NCBI GenBank assembly: GCA_963668675.2
Contig: CAXXMB010000002.1
Span: 96,001 to 160,000 of the forward strand
Length of the DNA: 64,000 nt
Direction: 5' to 3'
Origin: an uncultured Desulfatitalea sp.
GTDB taxonomy: Bacteria > Desulfobacterota > Desulfobacteria > Desulfobacterales > Desulfosarcinaceae
A program made the position numbers and the translations under genes. The notes under the pieces were generated by a model, which searched no databases, was not told where the DNA came from, and was given only the letters and a program-made list of their open reading frames with translations. Positions 40,238 to 51,558 of this stretch are shown piece after piece; positions within the stretch are counted from its first letter, which is position 1; each line of letters starts with the position of its first letter.

Positions 40238-43200
40238 TCAGGCGGATCGCTTTGGCGTCGCTTTTCGCTCGGGATGAAACAACGTGTAAACCGTGGGTAT
40301 AAGGACCAATGTAATCAACGTCGACGCAGTCAGGCCCCCGACAACGGCTCGCGCCAGCGGAGCCTGGGCATCGGCGCCCTCTCCAATGCCCAGCGCAAGC
40401 GGCATCAAACCGAGGATGGTGGTCAACGTCGTAATCAGGATCGGGCGCAACCTGCGCCGGCCTGCTTCGACCAGGGCCTCACGCGTGGGCATGCCGTCCT
40501 TGAGCAGCCGACCGGTTTGGTCGACCAGGAGAATCGCGTTGTTCACCACGATGCCGCCCAGCATGATGCAACCGATGTATGACTGTACATTCAGGGTTGT
40601 CCGGGTGACAAACAGAGTTACCAATACACCGATCGCAGCCAGGGGCACGGAAAACATGACAACGAGTGGATCACGCAGCGATTCATATTGGCAAGCCAAC
40701 ACCATATAGACAAGAACCAGCGCCAAAAGGAGCGAAACGACCAGTTCCCTGGAGGCTTTCCGCTGCTCTTCGAAGGTTCCGGCCACGGTAAGATCGTACC
40801 CAACGGAGCGTGGGATCAGATCCAAGAGCTTTTGAACATCACGTGCCACCGATCCCTCATCGCGCCCTGCCACATTGGCGCTGACGGTGACAATGCGCTG
40901 CTGGTCCTTGCGCTCAATGAGCACCGGTCCGCGGGACTCTTCCGTACTGACAAGATTGCGCAGGGCCACTTTCTCCCCCGACGCGGTTGTCAACGTGAGA
41001 TCGAGAATTTCATTCAAAGATCTCTTTTCAGCATCCTTCAGTTGAACCAGAATTCGATAGGAGTTGCCCTCCGTACGATACTCCCCGGCCTTGGAGCCGG
41101 CCACAGCGGTCTGCAGCAACTGGGTGACATTGCGGACACTCAATCCAAGATCGGAGATCTTGTCCCGGTTGACTCGTATTTCCTGCTGCGGAATGCCGGC
41201 TTCGAGACTGGTCTCCACATCGGTTATCCCAGGGACGGTAACAATCGATGCCGCCGCTTGAGCCGCCAAAGCATCTAACGTGGCCAAATCGTGGCCGCGG
41301 ATTTCTACGGTCAGCCCCTCTTCGCCACCCAAAATTCTCTCTAAAATAAACTGGCCCTGGGGTGCCCGAACGCGGATCTCCATTCCAGGGACGCGGCCTT
41401 CCAGCTGGCGCCTCAGTTCCTGGGCGATCTCCACATTGGAGCGTTTGCGCTGGGCTACCGGTACCAGGGAAAGGTTAATCGCACCTTCAGAACCGGCATC
41501 GGGCCGCCAGCCGTAAGCACCGACGCTGACCACCGATGCTACGCTCTCCGGTACGGCTGGTTCGATAATCTTCTCCATGATGTGGGTCTGTTGATCGACC
41601 AGGTCGAGCCGTGTGCCAATCACCATCTTGCCATTCACTCGGACTTCACCCTCATCGCTCGGAGGCAGAAATTCACTTCCGATCAACGGAAGCAGCAGAA
41701 GGCTCAATGCCAGTACGCCAGCGGAAGCGAGCACGGTGGCCAAACGATGGTCCAGGGCCAGACGCAGAATCTTCAGGTAGGTATTTTGAAGTGCCAGAGC
41801 CATCCGGTCGGCAGTGGCAACCCACCGATGGCCACTCACATCCGACTCAGTAGCGCACGCTCCGTTGACCGTAAGCAGCCGTGATGCAAGCATAGGAACC
41901 AAACTCAAAGCGAGGGCCAGTGAGCAAAGCAGTGCAAAGATAATGACATAGGCCAGCTCTTTGAAAAGAATCCCCGTGACCCCGCGGACAAAAACCAGTG
42001 GCAAAAAAATCACCAGGGTTGTAATGGTACTGGCGATAATGGCCGGCCCCACTTCCCGGGCACCCGCTACGGCTGCACCCTCCGGCGTTTCCCCCTGTTC
42101 ACTGCAGCGCCTGAAAATATTTTCAAGTACGACGATGGAGCTGTCGACCATCATGCCTACCCCGAGGGCAAGCCCCCCCAAGGTCATCAGGTTCAGCGTG
42201 AATCCTCCAAAAAAAATCAGCGCAAAGGTGGTCACAACCGAAATGGGAATCGAAAGGGAGATGACAAGAGTGCTGCGGATGTTGCGCAGGAAGAAAAGGA
42301 GAACGGCAATAGCCAATCCACCGCCGTATAGGACCGATCGGGCGACGTTGGCAATGGATCGTTCGATAAAGTTCCCCTGGTTGGTGACCGGCACGATGTG
42401 GATTTGCGGATAGGCCTGATTGGCCGCTTCAATTTCGCCCAGGACGCGCTTTGAGACCTCGACCGTGTTGGCATTGGCCTGTTTGCGAATGGCCACCCGC
42501 AGGCCGCGGCCGCCATTGACGCGCACGATGCGGGTCAGCTTCTCGTAGGTATCCTTTACTTCGGCAATCTGGCCAAGGGTAATGACGGCTCCGTCGCGCC
42601 TGACGATGACGGCGCTGCGAATTTGATCGAGGCTGGCAAACTCGGCCGGTGCCCGCAGCATGACCTCATAACGTCCCTGTTCAATTTTTCCAGCCGGCAG
42701 ATCCAGATTGGCGTCTTCTATGGCCTGGATCACCTGGTCCATCGCCAGGCCAACGGCCTTGATCCGATCGGGGTCCAGCTCGATGCGGACCTCACGGTTG
42801 AAGCCGCCCCAGACATCAACCTGGGCCACACCAGGGATGCGGGCAAAGCGGTATCTGATCTGATTTTCGATCAGTTCCGTGAGCTCTACCGGATCGAGGG
42901 GGCTGGAAATACCCAAAAGCACAACCGGAAAACTGGCGATATCGAATTTGCGAATACGGGGTCGTACGACATCATCCGGTAATTCGTTGATTTCGTCCTC
43001 GAGCTTTCCCTGTACGTCAATCGCTGCCGTATCGATGTCGGTGCCCCAGGAAAAGCTGACGCTCACCGTGCTACGCCCCTCTGATGATGAGGAAGAGATC
43101 TCCTCCACACCGGGCACCGTGGCGACAATCTCTTCAACGATCTGTGTCACCAGGCGTTCGATCACCTCCGGGCTGGCGCCTTCGTACTCCGTACGGATGC

Positions 43201-43336
43201 TCAACGTCGGCAGCTCGATATTAGGCAGCATGTCAATCTGCAGGCGACTCAGCGAAACAGCCCCGAGGATGACCAGAATCAACGTCACCATGCTGGTAAA
43301 AATCGGGCGTTTGACACTGAAATTGGGCAGATTCAT
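40238..43336 (-). CDS. RND efflux permease (AcrB/AcrD/AcrF family)
   Basis: [32 protein letters not shown] and [12 protein letters not shown] motifs; 1032 aa. Confidence 0.96.
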   Translation of the reverse strand: MNLPNFSVKRPIFTSMVTLILVILGAVSLSRLQIDMLPNIELPTLSIRTEYEGASPEVIERLVTQIVEEIVATVPGVEEISSSSSEGRSTVSVSFSWGTDIDTAAIDVQGKLEDEINELPDDVVRPRIRKFDIASFPVVLLGISSPLDPVELTELIENQIRYRFARIPGVAQVDVWGGFNREVRIELDPDRIKAVGLAMDQVIQAIEDANLDLPAGKIEQGRYEVMLRAPAEFASLDQIRSAVIVRRDGAVITLGQIAEVKDTYEKLTRIVRVNGGRGLRVAIRKQANANTVEVSKRVLGEIEAANQAYPQIHIVPVTNQGNFIERSIANVARSVLYGGGLAIAVLLFFLRNIRSTLVISLSIPISVVTTFALIFFGGFTLNLMTLGGLALGVGMMVDSSIVVLENIFRRCSEQGETPEGAAVAGAREVGPAIIASTITTLVIFLPLVFVRGVTGILFKELAYVIIFALLCSLALALSLVPMLASRLLTVNGACATESDVSGHRWVATADRMALALQNTYLKILRLALDHRLATVLASAGVLALSLLLLPLIGSEFLPPSDEGEVRVNGKMVIGTRLDLVDQQTHIMEKIIEPAVPESVASVVSVGAYGWRPDAGSEGAINLSLVPVAQRKRSNVEIAQELRRQLEGRVPGMEIRVRAPQGQFILERILGGEEGLTVEIRGHDLATLDALAAQAAASIVTVPGITDVETSLEAGIPQQEIRVNRDKISDLGLSVRNVTQLLQTAVAGSKAGEYRTEGNSYRILVQLKDAEKRSLNEILDLTLTTASGEKVALRNLVSTEESRGPVLIERKDQQRIVTVSANVAGRDEGSVARDVQKLLDLIPRSVGYDLTVAGTFEEQRKASRELVVSLLLALVLVYMVLACQYESLRDPLVVMFSVPLAAIGVLVTLFVTRTTLNVQSYIGCIMLGGIVVNNAILLVDQTGRLLKDGMPTREALVEAGRRRLRPILITTLTTILGLMPLALGIGEGADAQAPLARAVVGGLTASTLITLVLIPTVYTLFHPERKATPKRSA

Positions 43337-44553
43337 CGGGTCTCGCTCTTTTGGGTATCGACAGAGGGCTGCTCGGGAAGGGCCATCTCCTCGGCGGGGA
43401 TGGAGATGCGGGCGCCGTCACTCACCATTTGCTGCCCCAAGGTGACGACCCGTCCGGTCAACCCCTCCCCTTCTACCTGTACGCGCCTGCCTTCGCGGAT
43501 TCCCACCTTAACCTCCCGCCACTTCACTGAGGCGCCGTCGTCTGCGACGATAAAAACACCGCTGCGGTCATTTCGGAGGGTCACCGCCTGTTGCGGGACA
43601 ATGGTGGCTTCGGTTACCCGGCCCAGTTCCACGCTGGCGCTGATGAACATGCCCGGCTTAAGGCGATGCATCGGGTTTTCAATACGCATTTCGACCCTCG
43701 CCTGGCGGGAGGATACACGGAAGACGGGTGCAATGCGCTCAATACAGCCGGAGAATATCTCACCTGGAAAGGCGTCGGTCACCAGGGCGACCTCCTGACC
43801 GGAACTCATGCGGGCATAGTCTTTTTCGGTCACATAGATAATACCCACAATAGGGTTCAGCTCGACAATCAGGAACAACGGGGCGTTGGCAGTTACCGTC
43901 TGGCCTTCGTCCACATAGCGTTCGGCCACAACGCGATGGTCATCGCCACCGGTCCACCCTGCCGTTACCTTGGTGTAACCAAGTCGTATGTTGGCTGTTT
44001 GCAAGGAGGATTCAGCTTTGGCAACCTGGGCCTGTGCCACTTTCAGTTGCGCCTGTTTGGCCAGCTGCTCCTGGCGCACTGCATCATATTGCGAATCGGA
44101 CGCAATACCACGCTTTAGCAGCGACTCCGTACGCTTAAACTCGCGTTTGGCGATCTCATAAGCACTTTCAGCCTCGGATTGGTTGGCACGGGCCACATCC
44201 AGGTCCGCTTGAGACTGGGCAACCGCCTGAACATACTCTTCATTGTCTAGTTCAGCCACCACTTGACCCCGCGCCACGCTATCTGCAATATTCACCAGCA
44301 TGCGTTCCACGCGGCCGCTCACCTTGGGTGCCGCCAAAAATTGAGCCGTTGCTTCCAGCTCACCACTGAAAGTTCGCCGCATGGCGATGGGACCGTGCTG
44401 AATTGGGGCAACCGCCACCGGTATCGGACGAAGCGCCTTGCCACTGTTGCCATCCGTCCGGTCCTGAAGCAAACTGGTCATCCACCACCCCAGAACTGCC
44501 ATCGAAATCAAAAGGAGTGCAAGAATAACGATTTTAGGAGCACCCGGTTTCAT
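43333..44553 (-). CDS. RND periplasmic adaptor (MFP)
   Basis: N-terminal anchor, PKVSGRV, alpha-hairpin and LKPGMF; 4-bp overlap with the permease. Confidence 0.93.
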   Translation of the reverse strand: MKPGAPKIVILALLLISMAVLGWWMTSLLQDRTDGNSGKALRPIPVAVAPIQHGPIAMRRTFSGELEATAQFLAAPKVSGRVERMLVNIADSVARGQVVAELDNEEYVQAVAQSQADLDVARANQSEAESAYEIAKREFKRTESLLKRGIASDSQYDAVRQEQLAKQAQLKVAQAQVAKAESSLQTANIRLGYTKVTAGWTGGDDHRVVAERYVDEGQTVTANAPLFLIVELNPIVGIIYVTEKDYARMSSGQEVALVTDAFPGEIFSGCIERIAPVFRVSSRQARVEMRIENPMHRLKPGMFISASVELGRVTEATIVPQQAVTLRNDRSGVFIVADDGASVKWREVKVGIREGRRVQVEGEGLTGRVVTLGQQMVSDGARISIPAEEMALPEQPSVDTQKSETR

Positions 44554-44682
44554 GCTAAATTGATCCTTCCGTTTCCTTCGAATTTGAACAATGCGATCTT
44601 GGTACTATATGGGCTTTTCTCAGAAATAGATGACATTGCACGGTTCTGCCCGTTATTGCAAAGAAAAAGTGGAAGGTTCGTT

Positions 44683-46263
44683 ATGAAGCGTTATACCGGA
44701 TATCACCTGCGAATGACCGCATTGCACGTCTGCCTGTTGTGGATCGTGCCGATATGCTTCATAGGGCCCTTACAGGAAGCATATGCGGAACCCTCCACCT
44801 TAGCCACTGCGCCTGCCACCCGCCCGGGCCCCTTGAAAATCACAGTTGCGCAGGCAGTACTGCTCAGTTTGGAAAACAATCGATCTCTCTCCGTTCAGCG
44901 GTTAAATCCAGAGATCCAACAGACCCTGGAGGACCAGGAAAAAGCAGCATTCGACCCGGAACTGAGTGCAACGCTCACTGCAGAACGTGTGGAAGGCGAA
45001 CGCCTGGCCCGATCCGGATCGGAAACCGAAGCGTTCACCACCGATACGGCTGAAGGGCTCATCTCCCTGTCGCAATACTTTCCAACCGGCACCACGGTAA
45101 CCCTGGAAGCCGGTACGGAAATGACCGACTCTTCGCTTTACGAAGACAGCTTCTACGAAACACGCCTGGGCATGACGGTAAATCAAGCCCTGTTGAAAGG
45201 CATCGGCAGGGATGTAAATTTGGTCAGACTTCGCCAGGCCCGCATCGACACCCTCATGTCGGAATACGAACTGCGCGGGTTCTCCGAAGCGATAGTGGCA
45301 GAGGTGGAGCGCACCTACTGGGACTATGCGCTGTCGCAACGCCAGATAGAGATTGTCAAGGAGTCGCTGAATGTGGCCCACCAGCAACTCGACGAAACCG
45401 AAGCGCTTATAGCCGTGGGAAGACTCGCCAGATCGGAACTGGCGGCGGTCCAGGCCGAAGTGGCCTCCCAGGAACAAGCCTTGATCGAGGCTCGCGCCAA
45501 TAGGGAATCCATCAAATTAGGGCTGTTGCGCCTTCTGAATCCTGCCGGACCGAGGCTCTGGCAGCGGGAAATCGAATTGATCTACCAGCCGACGCTGCCT
45601 GAAATCAAACTTGAGCCAGTGGAGCAGCATGTAGCCGTATCCATAAGGATGCGCCCTGTTTTAAATCAGACCCGACTGGAAATTCAGCGCGGTGATCTGG
45701 AACTGGTCAAAACCCGGAACGGATTGCTTCCCAGGCTGGATCTTTTTGTCTCCCTGGGCAAAAGCGGATATGCCAATTCATTCGGCAGTTCCGTCAACCA
45801 TATCGACGAAGACAGCTACGATGCCCAGGCGGGTCTGACGTTTCATCTACCGGTATTCAACCGGGATGCCAAAGCGGTCCACAGAAGGGCTTTGCTCAGT
45901 CGCGAGCAAATGCAAAAGGCACTGGAAAATATCAGTCAGCTGGTAGAGGTCGATGTCCGAACCGCCTATATCAACGTCAACCGGACCAAGCAGCAGATCG
46001 CCGCATCATCGGTTACCCGGAATTTCGACGAAGAAAAATGGCGCACTGAAACAGAGAAGCTGCGGGTGGGCAAATCGACCAGTTTTCTTGTGGCGCAGGC
46101 CCAGCGAGATCTTCTGGCCAGCCGGATCGCCGAAGTTCGCGCGCTTGTCAACTACATCAAAGCATTGATCGATCTTTATCGGCTGGACGGATCACTGCTC
46201 GAACGTCGCGGCATCTCCGCTCCCGGGCGGGACCCGGTGCAATTAAAAGAAAGGATGGAATGA
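44683..46263 (+). CDS. TolC family outer membrane efflux protein
   Basis: AVLLSLENNRSL, VERTYWDY, LLPRLDL and GKSTSFLVAQAQRDL motifs. Start chosen at ATG 44683 (GGAAGG RBS); the ORF-track start overlaps the MFP. Confidence 0.9.
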   Translation: MKRYTGYHLRMTALHVCLLWIVPICFIGPLQEAYAEPSTLATAPATRPGPLKITVAQAVLLSLENNRSLSVQRLNPEIQQTLEDQEKAAFDPELSATLTAERVEGERLARSGSETEAFTTDTAEGLISLSQYFPTGTTVTLEAGTEMTDSSLYEDSFYETRLGMTVNQALLKGIGRDVNLVRLRQARIDTLMSEYELRGFSEAIVAEVERTYWDYALSQRQIEIVKESLNVAHQQLDETEALIAVGRLARSELAAVQAEVASQEQALIEARANRESIKLGLLRLLNPAGPRLWQREIELIYQPTLPEIKLEPVEQHVAVSIRMRPVLNQTRLEIQRGDLELVKTRNGLLPRLDLFVSLGKSGYANSFGSSVNHIDEDSYDAQAGLTFHLPVFNRDAKAVHRRALLSREQMQKALENISQLVEVDVRTAYINVNRTKQQIAASSVTRNFDEEKWRTETEKLRVGKSTSFLVAQAQRDLLASRIAEVRALVNYIKALIDLYRLDGSLLERRGISAPGRDPVQLKERME

Positions 46264-46706
46264 TGGCTGCAGATAATGACAAAATTGATGAGAAGCTGAC
46301 GCACCTCGGCGATGGCCTGTTGCCGGGAATGTTTGGTATCGAAGTGATATCAGTCGAACCGGGATCGGCACGGATGCGGATGAGCATCAGGCGCGATATG
46401 CTGGCACCCAACGGCTTTTTACATGCCGCTTCGATCATTGCCCTGGCCGACACAGCCGCAGGCTACGGCACGGTCGGCAATCTGCCCGATGGGGCCAAGG
46501 CCTTTACGACCATTGAGTTGAAAAGCAATTTTACCGGCACAGCCCGGGAAGGTACGCTGGTTTGTCATGCCAAAGCGGTCCACAGCGGCCGGATGACACA
46601 GGTATGGGATGCCCAGGTCACCCACTTGGAGACCGGTAAGACAATCGCCCATTTCCGCTGCTCACAGATGATTCTTTTCGAGGGCCTCGACGAGTGTCTG
46701 ACCTGA
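46260..46706 (+). CDS. PaaI family hotdog-fold thioesterase
   Basis: NGFLHAASIIALADTAAG, TTIELKSNF and HSGRMTQVWDA motifs; ATGA overlap with tolC. Confidence 0.9.
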   Translation: MMAADNDKIDEKLTHLGDGLLPGMFGIEVISVEPGSARMRMSIRRDMLAPNGFLHAASIIALADTAAGYGTVGNLPDGAKAFTTIELKSNFTGTAREGTLVCHAKAVHSGRMTQVWDAQVTHLETGKTIAHFRCSQMILFEGLDECLT

Positions 46707-46734
46707 ACCGGCATTGCCGCATCGGCCCGAAAGG

Positions 46735-47544
46735 CTATTTCAGGAAACGCTTCAGAAAGCGAATCACGTCGCCGATCACCTCTTCTTTGTTGGTCTCGTT
46801 GAAGACCTCATGCATGGCGCCGGGGTAGATCTTCTCTTCGTAAACAGTGCCCCGCAGGTGTTCGATCATGGGGCGTGTCCCATCCACAGGTACGAGCATA
46901 TCCGACTCGCCGTGAATCCACAGCAGGGGCAACTCGCCCAGGGAGGGGCCGGCCTCGACCGCCGCCATGGTGGTCGTCATCGCCTCCAGGGTCCGGCGAT
47001 GGAATGCGCCGTGCCAGACCAGGGGATCTTCGGCATAGGCCGCCCCCACCGAAGGATCGCGGGAGAGAACATTGGGATCCAGTGGGATCTCCGGAATCGG
47101 ATCCATGGCCATGAGCTGCTTCAGCGCCTCACGGGCGCCGAACATGGGACCGGAGAGCACCAGGGCAGACAGCTCACCGCCATGATGCTGGGCGTATCGT
47201 CCGGCGACCATGCCGCCCATGGAGTGGCCGATGAGTACCATGGGCACTGCCGGATAGGTTTGGCTGATCTTAACCGCTACCTCATGCAGATCCTCCACAA
47301 CGCGTTCGAAATCCTTGATCAGCGCCCTCTCGCCTTCTGAGCGGCCGTGGCCCTCATGGTCCAGCCCTGTGACTGCGGCGCCGGCCTGCCGCAAAGCATC
47401 GGCCACATGGTCATAGCGAGCGATGTGCTCCCCGTAGCCATGGCACAGCAGCGCGATCCACCCGGCCGTCTCATTGGGCCACTCCCTCACGTATCGGCTT
47501 CTTCCCTGAACGCTCTGCAGGGTCCACTCTTTCACTGATGCCAT
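46735..47544 (-). CDS. Alpha/beta hydrolase (lysophospholipase/monoacylglycerol lipase family)
   Basis: HGYGEH, DHEGHGRS, nucleophile GHSMGG, HGESD and HEVFNE motifs; start at ATG 47544. Confidence 0.9.
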   Translation of the reverse strand: MASVKEWTLQSVQGRSRYVREWPNETAGWIALLCHGYGEHIARYDHVADALRQAGAAVTGLDHEGHGRSEGERALIKDFERVVEDLHEVAVKISQTYPAVPMVLIGHSMGGMVAGRYAQHHGGELSALVLSGPMFGAREALKQLMAMDPIPEIPLDPNVLSRDPSVGAAYAEDPLVWHGAFHRRTLEAMTTTMAAVEAGPSLGELPLLWIHGESDMLVPVDGTRPMIEHLRGTVYEEKIYPGAMHEVFNETNKEEVIGDVIRFLKRFLK

Positions 47545-47579
47545 CTTCCCCCCCTTGTTGGATCTGCAATGCAAGCGAT

Positions 47580-48491
47580 CTATTTGCCGGCAAGCGGTGT
47601 CATATACTGGAAGATATCAGCCCCGCTTGCATGGGGTTTGGTCTCATCCAGACTGGAGATCTGTTCGAAATGATCCCGAATCTCCTCTGGCGCGATCTCC
47701 CGTGTTCCGTCGCCGATACACGCCCCATTGCCGGAAACCACTGCGGTGCGTGCGTACCATCCTGCGCCCATGGCAAAGGTCATCCCGCTGGCACTGTTCT
47801 CCTCTGAGGCCAGGTAGAGGACCATCGGAGCGTTGAACTGCGGATTGAGTTTCTTTTCGAACTCGGGCGGAAAGATATCACTCGTCATTCTCGAGTAGGC
47901 GGTGGGTGCGACCGTGTTTACCTTGATATTGTAATTGGCAATCTCCAGTTTAAGCGTGTTCATGATGCCGACCAGGCCCATTTTGGCAGCGCCGTAGTTG
48001 CACTGCCCGAAATTGCCGTAGAGACCCGATGTGGACGAGGTGAAGATCACCCGTCCATAGTTGGCGGCCTTCATCAGCCGAACCGCCGGCTGGGTGACGC
48101 AGAAGGCGCCTTTGAGGTGAACCGCGATCACCAGATCCCACTCCTCTTCAGACATCTTCAAAAAGGATTTGTCGCGCAGGATGCCGGCGTTGTTGATCAG
48201 GATATCCACCTTTCCGAAGGCGTCGACCGCCGTTTGCACAATGTTGGCGCCCCCCTGCATGGTGGCCACGGAATCATAATTGGCAACGGCTTGTCCGCCA
48301 GCCGCCTTGATCTCGTCAACGACCGTATCGGCCGCAGACTGGTCTGAACCGGCACCATCCCGGGCACCTCCCAGATCATTGACAACCACTTGGGCGCCTC
48401 TGGCAGCCAACTCCAACGCATACATCCGTCCGATCCCCTGCCCGGCGCCGGTAACAATTGCAACTCTTCCATCAAAACTGATTTCCGCCAT
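47580..48491 (-). CDS. SDR, (3R)-hydroxyacyl-CoA dehydrogenase / MFE-2-like
   Basis: TGAGQGIG, VVVNDLGG, NNAGILRD and YGNFGQCNYGAAK motifs. Start at ATG 48491 with AGGAG RBS. Confidence 0.9.
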   Translation of the reverse strand: MAEISFDGRVAIVTGAGQGIGRMYALELAARGAQVVVNDLGGARDGAGSDQSAADTVVDEIKAAGGQAVANYDSVATMQGGANIVQTAVDAFGKVDILINNAGILRDKSFLKMSEEEWDLVIAVHLKGAFCVTQPAVRLMKAANYGRVIFTSSTSGLYGNFGQCNYGAAKMGLVGIMNTLKLEIANYNIKVNTVAPTAYSRMTSDIFPPEFEKKLNPQFNAPMVLYLASEENSASGMTFAMGAGWYARTAVVSGNGACIGDGTREIAPEEIRDHFEQISSLDETKPHASGADIFQYMTPLAGK

Positions 48492-48995
48492 GCTGCACTC
48501 CTTTTTCTCCTGATCGTTTCTCTTTACCGATGTTGAGAGACCGCATCGATACTTCAATTTTCGGTCTTAAACCGCATTTCAAAGCATATTTGGATTTAAC
48601 TGAAAAGCATCCGGGTGTCCACCTCTTATTATTCAACCTCGGTCCATCATTCCGGATTCGCCAGTTGAAAAAACCGGGGGATAAGTCGCCATCTTCCCGT
48701 GCGATGGACTCCATTTTGAATAGCTGCAAATACCGTCATATGCCGAGGCGATTGACAATCCATAAGCTTGGCCGTAGGTGATGCTTTGCAAAAATTACTT
48801 GTCAACTTGCTACAGAGGCGTTTATAAATCACGAACTCCAACAGAAAATTCAACTTGCGATCAATTCTGCAGCCCCGTGATATCACTCAACCGGACCTCT
48901 CTATTCGATCTCCATATAAGCGATGAGACGGCAGCGGCCGCTGCCGCCGCCAAAAATTATTTTCCCTGCTTTCCCTTGGTTCAAGGAGGTGACTT

Positions 48996-50732
48996 GTGAT
49001 TCATCAATTCGACACCGTGATTGTCGGCTCTGGCGGCGCAGGTCTCTATGCCGCATTGGAAGCCAGCCAGCGGTCACGAACAGCCGTCCTTTCCAAACTC
49101 TATCCGATCCGAAGCCACACCGGCGCAGCTCAGGGAGGTATCAGCGCCGCACTTGGCAATGTCGAAGAGGACAAGCCCGAATGGCACGCGTTCGACACGG
49201 TCAAAGGCGGCGATTACCTGGTCGACCAGCAGGCCGCCAAGATCTTATCCGAAGAGGCAATCCAGGCGGTTTACGACCTGGAGAACCGCGGATTGCCATT
49301 CAACCGCACCCCCGAAGGGCGCATCGACCAGCGCCGCTTCGGCGGGCATACACGCAATTTCGGGGAAGCACCGGTCAAACGCGCCTGCTATGCAGCCGAC
49401 CGCACCGGCCACATGATTCTACAAACCCTCTACCAGCAATGCATCAAGAACAAGGTCTCGTTTTTCGACGAGTATCAGGTGGTGGACCTGATCATAGACG
49501 GCGACACATGCAAAGGTGCGGTGGCGGTTCAGCTCTCCACCGGCGATCTGCACATCCTGGCGGCCAAAGCCGTGCTCTTTGCCACCGGCGGCTTCGGCCG
49601 CATGTTTAAAATCACCTCCAATGCCTTCGCCAATACCGGTGATGGCCCGGCTGTCTGTGCGCGGCGTGGGATACCACTGCAGGACATGGAATTTTTTCAG
49701 TTCCATCCCACGGGCATCATGGGGTTGGGTATTTTGATTTCCGAGGCGGTGCGCGGTGAGGGCGGCATTTTGCGCAACCGGGACGGCGAGCGCTTCATGG
49801 AGCGTTACACGCCCACTTTGCTCGATCTGGCTCCCCGCGATATCGTCGCCCGCTCGATTATGACCGAGGTTCGCGACGGCAAGGGAATTCGTGGCGATCG
49901 CAAGATCGACGACTATGTGCATCTGGATGCCACCCATTTGGGCAAAGAGACACTGCTCAGCAAGCTGCCGGATATCACCAGTTTCTGCAAAACCTATTTA
50001 GGGATCGACCCGGCTGACGCCCCCATTCCGGTGCTGCCCACCGCCCACTACGCCATGGGTGGCATTCCTACCGACACCCATGGCCGGGTGCTCTGCGACA
50101 GCGAAGGCACCGTGGTCCACGGGCTCTATGCGGCTGGAGAATGCGCCTGCGTATCGGTGCACGGTGCCAACCGGTTGGGCACCAACAGCCTCCTCGACCT
50201 GGTGGTGTTTGGACGGCGCGCCGGACAGCACATCGGCGACTATGTCAAGCAGGCCGACGCCCCCGAAGTCAAAGAAGCGGATGCTGAAACTGCACAGGCC
50301 TGGATCAACCGCTTGACGGATGGCCAATCCGGCCCCCACGGCGGGCACATCAGCGAAGAGATGCAGACAACCATGATGGAGAAGGTGGGCATCTACCGCA
50401 ACGCCGGCGACATGCAATCGGCACTGGAGACCATTCAATCCCTTCGAGAACGCTACCAAACCGTCCGCGTCCAGGACACCAGCAAGCAGTTCAATACCGA
50501 CCTGCTTGAAGTGATCGAACTGGGCAACCTGTTGGATCTCTCCTTGATCACCGCGGCATCGGCGCTCAACCGACAGGAGAGTCGTGGTGCCCATAGCAGG
50601 GAAGACTTTCCGGAGAGAAATGACGATGGGTGGCTCAAACACACCCTCGCACACCTGGAAAACGACACGGTGCGCATCGACTACAAGCCGGTGGACATCT
50701 CCATCTGGAAGCCGAAACCGCGCACCTATTAA
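48996..50732 (+). CDS. sdhA: Succinate dehydrogenase/fumarate reductase flavoprotein subunit
   Basis: GSGGAG, covalent-FAD motif [31 protein letters not shown] and HGANRLG; AGGAGG RBS. Confidence 0.95.
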   Translation: MIHQFDTVIVGSGGAGLYAALEASQRSRTAVLSKLYPIRSHTGAAQGGISAALGNVEEDKPEWHAFDTVKGGDYLVDQQAAKILSEEAIQAVYDLENRGLPFNRTPEGRIDQRRFGGHTRNFGEAPVKRACYAADRTGHMILQTLYQQCIKNKVSFFDEYQVVDLIIDGDTCKGAVAVQLSTGDLHILAAKAVLFATGGFGRMFKITSNAFANTGDGPAVCARRGIPLQDMEFFQFHPTGIMGLGILISEAVRGEGGILRNRDGERFMERYTPTLLDLAPRDIVARSIMTEVRDGKGIRGDRKIDDYVHLDATHLGKETLLSKLPDITSFCKTYLGIDPADAPIPVLPTAHYAMGGIPTDTHGRVLCDSEGTVVHGLYAAGECACVSVHGANRLGTNSLLDLVVFGRRAGQHIGDYVKQADAPEVKEADAETAQAWINRLTDGQSGPHGGHISEEMQTTMMEKVGIYRNAGDMQSALETIQSLRERYQTVRVQDTSKQFNTDLLEVIELGNLLDLSLITAASALNRQESRGAHSREDFPERNDDGWLKHTLAHLENDTVRIDYKPVDISIWKPKPRTY

Positions 50733-50774
50733 TTGGCCAAGCACGCCTTTGGGCAGACACATAAGGAGTGACCG

Positions 50775-51491
50775 ATGAAAATCATACTCAAAGTGCAACG
50801 ATATAATCCGGAAATCGATGACCAGCCCTATTTCCAGGAGTACGCGCTCGAAGCCAATCCCAACGAGCGCCTTTTGGATGCGTTGATGAACGTCAAACGT
50901 TTTCAAGATGGCAGTTTGGGATTTCGCAAGAGCTGCGCCCATGGGGTGTGTGGCTCGGACGCCATGCGCATCAACGGCAAGGATGGTTTGGCGTGCAAAA
51001 CCTTGATCAAAGAGGTGGCCCGAAAGGATGGGGACACCATTACCGTGGAGCCACTTCGCTACCTGCCGGTGCAGCGCGATCTGATTGTAGACCAGAATGA
51101 CTTTTTTGAGCGCTACAGATCGGTCAAACCCTTTTTAATCAACGATGGGCCCGTGGAAGAGAAAGAGCGCCTCCAAAGCCAGGAAGAGCGCATGCTTTTT
51201 GATGACACCACCAATTGCATTCTATGCGCTTCTTGCTATTCGGCCTGTCCGATACCGGAGAAGATTCCCGCCTTTATCGGTCCAGCGGCCATCGCCCAGG
51301 CCTTCCGCTTTTTAGCCGACAGCCGGGACCGGGGCATGGCGGACCGACTTCCCGCGCTGGATCGACCCGATGGCGTTTGGGCCTGCGAGAACCATTTTGA
51401 ATGCACCAAATGCTGCCCGCGGTCGATTCTGATCACCAAACGCATCAACCAGACCAAGAAGATGATCGAAAAGCACAAATCCACAAGATGA
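50775..51491 (+). CDS. sdhB: Succinate dehydrogenase/fumarate reductase iron-sulfur subunit
   Basis: SCAHGVCGSD..C (2Fe-2S), CILCASCYSACP (4Fe-4S) and CENHFECTKCCP (3Fe-4S type) motifs. Confidence 0.95.
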   Translation: MKIILKVQRYNPEIDDQPYFQEYALEANPNERLLDALMNVKRFQDGSLGFRKSCAHGVCGSDAMRINGKDGLACKTLIKEVARKDGDTITVEPLRYLPVQRDLIVDQNDFFERYRSVKPFLINDGPVEEKERLQSQEERMLFDDTTNCILCASCYSACPIPEKIPAFIGPAAIAQAFRFLADSRDRGMADRLPALDRPDGVWACENHFECTKCCPRSILITKRINQTKKMIEKHKSTR

Positions 51492-51558
51492 AAGCAAAAC
51501 ATTAGCCGACGGGACGGAATTGAAGGTGAAATAGTGAATTATTGGAGACCGGTTCCAA

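Noticed and set aside
40226..40582. Remainder of the 140-aa ORF 40160..40582
   Set aside because: Beyond codon 22 it is antisense to the RND gene and has no DapA similarity.
44263..44682. N-terminal extension of TolC in the ORF track
   Set aside because: It overlaps the divergent MFP gene; the RBS and signal-like segment point to ATG 44683.
48492..48995. Small ORFs or a c-di-GMP riboswitch in the sdhA upstream spacer, or a hidden sdhC
   Set aside because: The ORFs lack hydrophobic helices and heme-ligand patterns, and no convincing GEMM consensus is present.
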